Positions 6,568 to 16,273 of a stretch of 32,000 bases of DNA are shown here, piece by piece. Positions within the stretch are counted from its first letter, which is position 1. The number at the start of each line of letters is the position of its first letter. The stretch comes from Nitratidesulfovibrio vulgaris str. Hildenborough (lineage in GTDB: Bacteria > Desulfobacterota > Desulfovibrionia > Desulfovibrionales > Desulfovibrionaceae), in assembly GCF_000195755.1 (NCBI RefSeq), contig NC_002937.3:2310001-2342000 (forward strand), read 5' to 3'. The position numbers and the translations under genes are program-made. A model generated the notes under the pieces. That model saw nothing but the letters and a program-made list of their open reading frames with translations, did no database searches and had not been told where the DNA came from.

Positions 6568-8823
6568 CTACCGGTAGTAGAGATTGCGGCCGCCCATGGT
6601 CAGCAGGGCCTGCTTCACATTGGCGCGGATGTCGCGACGGTCCCATATGCCCTGAATGTGTCCGCGCGAGAGGGCGCGGTAGGCACGATGGTAGTCGGGG
6701 GGAATGTCCATGCCCGTGGTCTCCTTGATGACCCCGGGCCCCGCAAAGCCGATGTTGGATGACCGCACGGCGAACTGGTATGGCGAACAGCCGAGGAAGC
6801 TGGCCACAGGCCCGGCGTAGGAGTTGGTGTCGTACAGGACGAGGTACAGCCCCCCGGCCTCGATGTAACGGCGCACGGCGATGGTGCAGCGCGGCATCTG
6901 GATGACACCGTTGGTGCCCTCCTGAATGCGGATGCCCGCCGTGCCATGCACATAGGCGAGGAAGGGGTAGCGCTTCTTCTTGGCTCGTTCAGCCGCCTGA
7001 ATGAACTTCTCGCCCTCTGCGGCACCGACGGAACCACCACGGAAATCGGCCACCAGCATGGCGACCACGACCTTGGTGTTGTCGATACGCGCCTCGAACG
7101 TGACGCAACCGCTCTTGAGGCCCGTCTTCTGCTTGGCCTGATCGAGCTTGACGTCGAAGCCCTCGAAGGAAAGCGGATTCGCAGCCTCGACTTCGGCGTT
7201 GAACTCGAACACCGAGCCCTCGTCGAAGACGTTATGCAGATACCACTGGTACTCCATGGGGAAATGGTGCCCGCACGAGGTGCACACCCCGGCGAACTCA
7301 CCGAACAGGTCAGGGGCCCACAGGTCGAGACAACCGTGTGTGGCGGCGTTGGGGCAGGTGATGGCCCTGTCCTGCTTGGCGCGGGGGCTCACATAGCTCC
7401 AGTTGCCGTTACGCTGCTCGGTCTCGTCCCATTCTGAAAGGGTCGTCAGGTCGCGGGCCGTATCCTCGCAGGCACCGCCGGAACCGGGCAGGGCGCAAGT
7501 GATGCGTCGCCACGGCTTGAGCACCTTCTCCTTGAGCACCTGCATCTCGGCATCGACCTCTTCGAGCACATAGGCGATCTTCTGCTGGTGCTTGCGGAAC
7601 AGGTCGTACTTGAAGGTCGAGTACACGTCCCACCACATGTCCCACCACATGGACGCGGCCTTGCGCATGACGGGACGCCTGTCCTTGCATGCGGCGCGGG
7701 CGAGGCGCAGGAACTTGCGCTGCCTGCGCGCCACGAGGCGGTCTTTCGCGGAGGACGACAGACTCCAGCGCACATACACGCTGTCGAGGTCGAGGTCGGC
7801 GGTCTTGCGCCGACGGCGCAGGGCCATGGCACGCAACGGGGCGAACCCCTTCACGCCAAGCAGCACCTCGTCGGTGGCGCGGATGACCTCTTGCCGCAGG
7901 GTGCGGAAGAAGTCGAAGTGGTACGGACGCGCCCCGAGAGGCGGTTCGTCGATGACGTGGTCGATGTACCCCGACCGCAGGTTGTCCGCGGCGGTGATGC
8001 GCAGTTGCTGCGCACATTTCTCGATGAGTTCGGGCGTGGCCCGCTGACCGTGGCGCAGCCGTCCCTCGATGGCGGCGCCCCCTTCGGGCGAAATGACCGA
8101 ATAGTAGCCGTGAGACAGCATGAGACGCCTGTCTGCAAGGCCGATGGCCTCGGCACCGCCCGAACCGCCCTCGGAGAAGACGGCGATGACAGGCACACGC
8201 AGCCCCGCCATCTCATACAGGTTGCGCGCAATCTGCTGTGCCGCACCGGGGTAGTCCTCCACCGGGAACGAACCCGGCGTGAACACATAGGTGTGTATGG
8301 GAATGCCCTCGGTCTCGGCGACCTTCATGTAGTGCAGGGCCTTGGCATTGCCCCACGGCTTGACGGAACCGCCGTTGCGGAACTCCTCGCCGTGGCCCTT
8401 CTCCTGCCCGATGACCATCACCGGCTGATGATAGGTCTTCTTGCCGCTACGTCGCGTGATGTAGGCGCGGGCGATGAGCATGCTGGGGTCGATGCTGTAT
8501 TCGTCCTTGCCGCCGATCTCGGTGAAGTTGTCGTAGACGTTCTCGAGGATGTCGCGCAGGCAGATACGCTGCGCGTGCCGCACGATGCGCACCTTGTCCA
8601 TGGGCGTAAGCTCGGCTTCGAGTTTGCGCTCCACGAAGGTGAAGAGATCTTCGAGTGTGGCGAGGGCGGGCCCGTTTTCCCCTTGGGCGCCCGTATCGCG
8701 CTGCGAGAACTCCGCAAGGCGCGTCGCAAGAAGCTCGATATTCTCGTTATGCTTGCCGCCGAAGATGTCACGGATGTAGCCGAGACGCTCGACGAGATGC
8801 TGTACTCTCTTCTCGTTGTCCAT
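6568..8823 (-). CDS. Acetyl-CoA carboxylase carboxyltransferase, single-chain alpha (N-terminal) / beta (C-terminal) fusion
   Basis: 751 aa. The N-terminal half is AccA-like (TPGSFPVEDYPGAAQQIARNL...FSEGGSGGAEAIG). The central part has an AccD-type zinc-ribbon remnant (CPNAATHGC...CTSCGHHFPM). The C-terminal half is AccD-like (DFRGGSVGAAEGEKF...GFAGPGVIKETTG). Confidence 0.9.
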   Translation of the reverse strand: MDNEKRVQHLVERLGYIRDIFGGKHNENIELLATRLAEFSQRDTGAQGENGPALATLEDLFTFVERKLEAELTPMDKVRIVRHAQRICLRDILENVYDNFTEIGGKDEYSIDPSMLIARAYITRRSGKKTYHQPVMVIGQEKGHGEEFRNGGSVKPWGNAKALHYMKVAETEGIPIHTYVFTPGSFPVEDYPGAAQQIARNLYEMAGLRVPVIAVFSEGGSGGAEAIGLADRRLMLSHGYYSVISPEGGAAIEGRLRHGQRATPELIEKCAQQLRITAADNLRSGYIDHVIDEPPLGARPYHFDFFRTLRQEVIRATDEVLLGVKGFAPLRAMALRRRRKTADLDLDSVYVRWSLSSSAKDRLVARRQRKFLRLARAACKDRRPVMRKAASMWWDMWWDVYSTFKYDLFRKHQQKIAYVLEEVDAEMQVLKEKVLKPWRRITCALPGSGGACEDTARDLTTLSEWDETEQRNGNWSYVSPRAKQDRAITCPNAATHGCLDLWAPDLFGEFAGVCTSCGHHFPMEYQWYLHNVFDEGSVFEFNAEVEAANPLSFEGFDVKLDQAKQKTGLKSGCVTFEARIDNTKVVVAMLVADFRGGSVGAAEGEKFIQAAERAKKKRYPFLAYVHGTAGIRIQEGTNGVIQMPRCTIAVRRYIEAGGLYLVLYDTNSYAGPVASFLGCSPYQFAVRSSNIGFAGPGVIKETTGMDIPPDYHRAYRALSRGHIQGIWDRRDIRANVKQALLTMGGRNLYYR

Positions 8824-8896
8824 GCTGTCGCTTCCCCCGCTTTACCGGCGGGGACGGGTCGGATGCGCGATGCCGCGCGATGCGCGGCGTGAACAG

Positions 8897-10345
8897 CTAG
8901 AACCGCAGGATGCGGCCGGTGTTGTCGCGCAGGAAGTTCACGTTGGAACGCAGCTCATCGCCCGCCTTGTTCTGCCCCTGCAACGTCAGTCCTTCAAGGA
9001 AGCTGACGCCGCGCCGTTTCACCTCTTCGAGGTCCTTGCCCCAGATGATGGCGAGGGCGAGGTTGGGGTCGAATTCGGTGGGGATGTCGTAGGGCTCTTC
9101 GGTGGGGACATGCGTATACATGCGCGCCCAGTCCTCTTCGGGCCAGCCGAAGGCGTCGATACGCCCGACCCACGGCGTGAACCGGTTGTCGGGGTCTTCA
9201 GCGATGAGGCGGTACTCGATGCCGACACCTTCGAAGGTGATGTCCTCCTGACCGTAGCCGAGAGGCTGCCCGAGTCCGATGCGAATCTGTTCGGCGATGA
9301 GGTCGACCTCTTGCCCGTTCACCCTCGCGATACGGGCGGAGACGCCGTTCTCGACCTGGATGCGCGTGTTGACCTCCATGAGGAAGGGATGACCGTCACG
9401 TGTGACGATCCATTCCCACGTACCCACGTTGTCGTAGCCGACCTTCCGCGCCATGGCGAGCGAATGGTAGGTGATGTCGCGCAGCACCTGCGCCGCGTCG
9501 AACCCGTACTCGATGGAGGTGGGGTCGAACCCCGGCGCAACCTCGATACGCTTCTGCAGGCCGATGGACTGGATGGAGCAGTTGCGCGTGCCGAAATGGA
9601 CGGGATTGCGCCCTGTCCTGTCGGAGACGATCTGCACTTCGAGGTGGTTGAAGTCGCGGATGCGCTGCTCGATGAGCACCCCTTCGTCCTTGAACTGACG
9701 CAGGGCGTAGTTGCGGATGCGGCGATACACCGACTTGAACAGGTCGAGGTCGTAGACCTCTTCGATGCCCATGCCCCCGCCGCCGGCAGAGGCCTTGACC
9801 AGCACGAGAGGCCTGCGGATGCCCTGCTGCTCCTGAAACTCGTAAAGGCTCTGTGCGACCTTTTCGGCTTCAAGTTCATCGTAGATGGGCTTGTCAGACC
9901 CCGGCACCGTGGGCACGCCGAGACTGCGCGCGAGGCGCTTGGTGTTGATCTTGTCGCCCAGTTCGCGGATGACGCGCCACGAGGGGCCTATGAAGATGAG
10001 CTTGCGCTCACGCTGCGCCACGCGCCGCGCGAAGCGGTAGTCCTCTGCGAAGAAGCCGTAGCCGGGGTGCACCGCTGTGCAGCCCGCGTCGTCGGCGACG
10101 GCGAGTAGTTCGTTGGCATCATGATAGGAGGACACCCGATAGAGGCTGTTGGCCCCGCCCAGTTCACGGGCGAGTCTCACATGGCCTGAGGCGGCGTCCT
10201 CCGCCGTGTACACGCAGGTGAACTCCAGACCCAGCCGGTGGCAGGCCCGGACGATACGGGTAGCGATTTCCCCTCTGTTCGCCACCAGCACCTTATGATC
10301 GTTCGTCTGCACCAATATCCCTCGTTGTTTCTTTGGACTCTTCAT
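8897..10345 (-). CDS. accC: Biotin carboxylase (ATP-grasp)
   Basis: KVLVANRGEIATRIVRAC, plus ATP-grasp and biotin-carboxylase C-terminal regions. The first ATG at 10345 overlaps pilZ by 53 nt. In-frame GTG at 10312 (5 nt after GAGGGA) and GTG at 10291 are alternatives. Confidence 0.9.
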   Translation of the reverse strand: MKSPKKQRGILVQTNDHKVLVANRGEIATRIVRACHRLGLEFTCVYTAEDAASGHVRLARELGGANSLYRVSSYHDANELLAVADDAGCTAVHPGYGFFAEDYRFARRVAQRERKLIFIGPSWRVIRELGDKINTKRLARSLGVPTVPGSDKPIYDELEAEKVAQSLYEFQEQQGIRRPLVLVKASAGGGGMGIEEVYDLDLFKSVYRRIRNYALRQFKDEGVLIEQRIRDFNHLEVQIVSDRTGRNPVHFGTRNCSIQSIGLQKRIEVAPGFDPTSIEYGFDAAQVLRDITYHSLAMARKVGYDNVGTWEWIVTRDGHPFLMEVNTRIQVENGVSARIARVNGQEVDLIAEQIRIGLGQPLGYGQEDITFEGVGIEYRLIAEDPDNRFTPWVGRIDAFGWPEEDWARMYTHVPTEEPYDIPTEFDPNLALAIIWGKDLEEVKRRGVSFLEGLTLQGQNKAGDELRSNVNFLRDNTGRILRF

Positions 10346-10736
10346 TCCGTTGTTCCGCGGCCTTGCGCTCGGCAATCTGCCGCTTCTGCACTTCGAGCAC
10401 CAGTTTGTCGAGATGCTCCTCCTGCGCCCTGTTGGGGCCATCGAACGAACAGGCCACCAGTCCGGCGTCGCAACGCCGCACCACATGGGCCAGAAGCCCC
10501 TCGATGTAGGGTTCGCCATCGACGAAGAGGTCGAGCCTGAAGTGCTCCCCATCCACAAACGCATCGCACGGTGCAAGCAGGGCAAGCCCGAGTGCGCTGA
10601 TGTCCCTCACGGCGTAGAGGCCGTGCGACGGAACGACGGCGGCTACCCCCTGCACCAGGGCCCTGTAGGCCTGCCTTGCACCATGTGTGGTCGGAAGGCT
10701 GAAATCGAAATCGTCGAACTCGTCGAATTCGGACAT
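10293..10736 (-). CDS. Stand-alone PilZ-domain (c-di-GMP-binding) protein
   Basis: RQAYR (RxxxR), then DISALG (DxSxxG) 19 residues later. This is the canonical PilZ c-di-GMP binding signature. A charged helical tail follows. The ATG at 10736 lies 4 nt after the motB stop. Confidence 0.75.
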   Translation of the reverse strand: MSEFDEFDDFDFSLPTTHGARQAYRALVQGVAAVVPSHGLYAVRDISALGLALLAPCDAFVDGEHFRLDLFVDGEPYIEGLLAHVVRRCDAGLVACSFDGPNRAQEEHLDKLVLEVQKRQIAERKAAEQRNEESKETTRDIGADERS

Positions 10737-10740
10737 ATGG

Positions 10741-11475
10741 CTACCTGACGACGCGACGCTCCAGAACGAACTCCACCCTTCGGTTGCGGGCACGGTTTTC
10801 GTCGGAGGTGTTCGGGAAAAGCGGGTCTAACTCACCAAGCCCGGTGGCTGTCAACCGTGCAGGCTCGATACCCGCCCCAAGAAAATAGCGCAACACATTA
10901 ACCGACCGCAGTGCCGAAACTTCCCAGTTGTCCTTGAACCGCGCGTTGGCCGAGGGCTGCACGTCGTCTGTGAAACCCTTGATATTGATGTTCTGCTCGC
11001 GCCGACGGATGAAGAGGTCTTTCAGGGTCGCCAGCACCCTGTCCGCACCGGGGGCAAGTTCTACGGCACCGGGGGCGAAGAGCACCTCGGAAGGAACGCG
11101 CAGGGTGATGACCCCCTCGTCGAACACGGCACCGATGACACCTTCCACGCCGTTCACGGTGAAATAGGTGCGCATCTCGTTGTACGTCTGCCGTTGCGCC
11201 TCGATGAGCTCGCGTTGCAGACGCACCGTTTCGAGCAGCGCCCCCTCGTCGGTGCGGACGTTGCTGGTGGTCAGTTCCGATTCCTTGCCGCCGAAGACCA
11301 TGCGCACGGTCTCGAACGATTCCGCGAAACGCTTCTTGTCGATGCTGGAGAGCGAGAACAGCAGGATGAAGAACGCAAGCAGGAGCATCGAGATGTCAGA
11401 CAGCGTCGTCATCCACTCGTTCGGCGGTTCGTCCTCTTCGACGTCAAAGAGGGGTTCGTCATCGCCAGGAGCCAC
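10741..11475 (-). CDS. motB: Flagellar stator protein MotB (OmpA-like C-terminal domain)
   Basis: WMTTLSDISMLLLAFFILLF plug/TM motif with the conserved Asp. C-terminal OmpA-like peptidoglycan-binding region (NRARNRRVEFVL). The GTG start at 11475 overlaps the motA end by 17 nt. Confidence 0.85.
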   Translation of the reverse strand: MAPGDDEPLFDVEEDEPPNEWMTTLSDISMLLLAFFILLFSLSSIDKKRFAESFETVRMVFGGKESELTTSNVRTDEGALLETVRLQRELIEAQRQTYNEMRTYFTVNGVEGVIGAVFDEGVITLRVPSEVLFAPGAVELAPGADRVLATLKDLFIRRREQNINIKGFTDDVQPSANARFKDNWEVSALRSVNVLRYFLGAGIEPARLTATGLGELDPLFPNTSDENRARNRRVEFVLERRVVR

Positions 11476-12220
11476 TCTTACGATCCTTCGGCGGCAGGAA
11501 CGACGAGAGCTTCTCGTATACCAGCCGCGGGTTGTTGTTCTCGAGGATGGACTTGGCCCCCTCGAAGATGATGAGCAGGTGCAGTTCTTCCTGCATGCTG
11601 CGCGCCTTGAGCTTGCCCGCTATGGGCAGAAAGACGAGGTTCGACAGCAGGGCCCCGTAGAAGGTGGTGATGATGGCCACGGCCATGGCGGGGCCTATGG
11701 TGGTGGGGTCGTCGAGTGTGGCGAGCATCTGCACGAGGCCGATGAGGGTACCTATCATGCCGAAGGCCGGGGCGAAACCGCCCAGCCTGTTGAACACCGA
11801 TATGGAGATGTTGTGCCGCCGTTTCATGGCGGAAATCTCGATGGCGACGGTGGTGCGAATGAGCGTAGGGTCGGCATTGTCGGCGATGAGCTGGCACGCC
11901 TTCTTGATGAGCGGATTCTCGGTCTGCACGTTCTCGAGGGCGATGATGCCCTCACGGCGGCTTATCTCGGCGATGCGCACCATGGTGCTGACGATGTCGC
12001 GCGCCTCGACCTTGCGGCTGCCGAAGGCCTTCAGGCCACCACGCACGGCCTGCCAGACCTCTTCAAGAGGGAACGTGACCAGAATGGAGGCGAACGTGCC
12101 GCCGAATACGATCATGGCACTCGGCAGGTCGATGAACTTGCCCGGCGCAGCGCCCATGAGGATGGCGCCAATCACAAGGCCGAAGCCGATGATGACGCCT
12201 ACAAAGGTTGCAATATCCAT
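11459..12220 (-). CDS. motA: Flagellar stator protein MotA (MotA/TolQ/ExbB proton channel family)
   Basis: 253 aa with four TM segments. The conserved C-terminal channel region is present (GFAPAFGMIGTLIGLVQML...TTFYGALLSNLVFLPIAGKL). Confidence 0.85.
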   Translation of the reverse strand: MDIATFVGVIIGFGLVIGAILMGAAPGKFIDLPSAMIVFGGTFASILVTFPLEEVWQAVRGGLKAFGSRKVEARDIVSTMVRIAEISRREGIIALENVQTENPLIKKACQLIADNADPTLIRTTVAIEISAMKRRHNISISVFNRLGGFAPAFGMIGTLIGLVQMLATLDDPTTIGPAMAVAIITTFYGALLSNLVFLPIAGKLKARSMQEELHLLIIFEGAKSILENNNPRLVYEKLSSFLPPKDRKSGSWR

Positions 12221-12335
12221 AGGTTCAGCCTATAGCACCTCATGCGGCGGATGTAATGCCCTTACGGGCTGACATGCCGCCGCAGCTTCGTGGACACGCC
12301 CCCCTGCTCCTCACCCCGTTAGCCTTGAGTATCTT

Positions 12336-13160
12336 ATGCAAAACCCGGAAAAAGTCCAGATTGCCGCCCAAGCGGTTCGTACGGCCCTGCCGCAAGGCTT
12401 CTCTCCCCGCGTGGGCATCGTCCTCGGCACGGGTCTCGGGGCACTCGCCAACGCGGTGACGTCCCCGGTCGCCATCCCCTACGAGAGTCTGCCCGGCTTT
12501 CCGCGTTCGACCGTCGCCTCGCATGCGGGCAGCTTCCTGTGCGGCTTTCTGGGCGGTGCCCCGGTCGTGCTACAGCAGGGACGCTGCCACCTCTACGAGG
12601 GATACCAGCCTGAAGACGTGTGCATGGGCGTGCGGGTGATGGCGGCCCTCGGTGCTGCCACACTTGTCATCACCAATGCTGCGGGCGCGCTGAATCCGCA
12701 ATTCGACGCGGGCGACCTCATGTGCATCACCGACCACATCAACTTCACCGGGCGCACCCCGCTGGCAGGCCCCAATCACGACGCGTGGGGACCACGCTTT
12801 CCCGACATGAGCGCACCCTACGCCCCCGGTCTTGTCCAGTTGGCCATGCGCGAGGCGGGGCAACTGGGCATCCGCCTCGAACGCGGTGTCTATGTGGGCG
12901 TTCACGGACCGCAGATGGAGACACCTGCCGAAACGCGCATGTTCCGAACACTGGGGGCCGATGCCGTGGGCATGTCCACCGTGCTGGAGGTCATCGCCGC
13001 CCGTCATCTGGGCATGAAGGTTCTTGGCATCTCGTGCCTCAGCAACAAGAATCTGCCAGACTGCATGGAAGAGGCCCCGCTTGAGGAGGTCATACGCGTC
13101 GCAGGCATGGCGGGCGAGCGTCTCACCCGGCTTGTGGCCGCCATCGTGCCCCACATCTAG
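12336..13160 (+). CDS. punA: Purine nucleoside phosphorylase (trimeric PNP-I / inosine-guanosine type)
   Basis: GIVLGTGLG, STVASHAG, QGRCHLYEGY, ITNAAGALN and VGMSTVLEVIAARHLG motifs of the PNP/MTAP family. Confidence 0.9.
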   Translation: MQNPEKVQIAAQAVRTALPQGFSPRVGIVLGTGLGALANAVTSPVAIPYESLPGFPRSTVASHAGSFLCGFLGGAPVVLQQGRCHLYEGYQPEDVCMGVRVMAALGAATLVITNAAGALNPQFDAGDLMCITDHINFTGRTPLAGPNHDAWGPRFPDMSAPYAPGLVQLAMREAGQLGIRLERGVYVGVHGPQMETPAETRMFRTLGADAVGMSTVLEVIAARHLGMKVLGISCLSNKNLPDCMEEAPLEEVIRVAGMAGERLTRLVAAIVPHI

Positions 13161-13363
13161 ATTATAACACGGGCGTCCCGCCATGCATGAACGCGCGAGA
13201 CGCCCGCCAAACAAGCCCTTGCGGCGTTTCGAGCCTGTTTCGTCACCCCGTCGGCATGAAGGTGACACTTGCAAGGCGTCTCGTGGTGCGCTACAGCACC
13301 CACCGCAACTTTCGCTTTTTCCCCCCTCCGGCACACCGCCGGGCCAGCATCGAGGATAATCTC

Positions 13364-15205
<1,842 letters not shown>

Positions 15206-15239
15206 ACCGGCGCACTGCGCGCAGCACCTCGCAAGATAC

Positions 15240-15276
15240 AGGCCCCCGCGTCATCACGATGCGGGGGCCTTCTGCA
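15240..15276 (+). terminator. Terminator hairpin after typA
   Basis: AGGCCCCCGC (15240-15249) pairs with GCGGGGGCCT (15261-15270), with an 11-nt loop, followed by TCTGCATTC (a weak U-tract). Confidence 0.55.
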
Positions 15277-15591
15277 TTCATGCCGCCTCGCGCCCGGGGC
15301 AGGCGGTCGAGAGTCCGAACAACCACGGAAATGGACACATGGCGCGCAAGCCTGTGCCGCAGGGGGCCGAAGAGGGCGAAGGCGTTCACCATGCGGCAGT
15401 TCGCAACCCGTTATCGTCGCTGCCGACCATGAAGCCGACAGTGGAACCGGTGATGCGCCCGGCACAACGCCCTCTGGCGTCGGAGTTCCGTCGCGGACGC
15501 AGGAGTGGGACACACGGCAACACGCGATTAACACCATGGAATAAAAGACATGCCCGTGTAATGACAGGGCGCGGCAAAGCCACATGACGAA

Positions 15592-15607
15592 TGGAGCGTT
15601 TCTTGCT
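15592..15607 (+). promoter_or_regulatory. Sigma-54 (-24/-12) promoter candidate: TGGAGCG-N4-TTGCT
   Basis: There are exactly 10 nt between the GG (15593-15594) and the GC (15605-15606). It matches 10 of 12 specified positions of TGGCACG-N4-TTGCW. It lies ~35 nt upstream of the ATG at 15641. Confidence 0.35.
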
Positions 15608-15640
15608 TGCTGCAAGGCAAGACCACTCAAGGAGCAGACC

Positions 15641-16009
15641 ATGAAAGAGACTCTCGCCACAGCCGCCGCCCGCAACCTCTCCGACGAAGACCGCGACATG
15701 CTGCGCCGCCTTGCGCTGGCTACCGGAGAAGACGGGCCCCGCGCTGCACTCGACATGGGGCTGCGCGACCGGCTTTGCGCCGAAATGGCCGAAATGGCCG
15801 ACGCCGTGCGTTCGCTGCTGGCCCTTCTCGACAGGCACGACGCCGTGGCGGCCTTGCCTGAACGCGCCCTGCCCGCCTATCAGGACGTCATGGAGCGTAT
15901 CGGGTCCGCAGCCCTGCGGGCGACAGACCTCGTGGACAGGTCGCGCACACTCGACCGCGACACCCTGCTGGCCCTTGCCCCCGCCGAAGCCAGGACGACC
16001 CTGCAATAG
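15641..16009 (+). CDS. Hypothetical protein (122 aa, Ala/Leu/Arg-rich, helical)
   Basis: ATG at 15641, preceded by AAGGAG. I recognise no domain. The composition is typical of a real high-GC gene, but support is only ORF plus RBS. Confidence 0.5.
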   Translation: MKETLATAAARNLSDEDRDMLRRLALATGEDGPRAALDMGLRDRLCAEMAEMADAVRSLLALLDRHDAVAALPERALPAYQDVMERIGSAALRATDLVDRSRTLDRDTLLALAPAEARTTLQ

Positions 16010-16273
16010 CTTCACGGTTTAGAACGACGGTGCTGTCCACGACATGGATGCCGGAGACGCCCGCTACAAGACGACCGTCCACGGTAGCTACCGGCAAAGA
16101 TTGCCCCGCGCCGCAATGAACCATGCAGCAAGACCCAGCACGGGGCAGCCAGCATCCACAATCAGTCTCCACAGCCCGTATCGGCCGCTTGCATCACTGC
16201 CAGCTTCCGGCCTTACGCCGGGCTTACCGTCGGGCCAACCGCCCCGCACCGACGGCAGGGTCTCCCCTACGCC

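Noticed and set aside
13187-13363. N-terminal 59-codon extension of typA from the ATG at 13187. Analogous long leaders occur on the accC, hydrolase, glgA, NUDIX, asparaginase-like, hydantoinase-like, cbiB and trmL ORFs.
   Set aside because: Family alignments from memory place the conserved N-termini at internal starts, most with clear Shine-Dalgarno motifs. The extensions are Arg/Pro/Cys-rich, and several overlap upstream genes.
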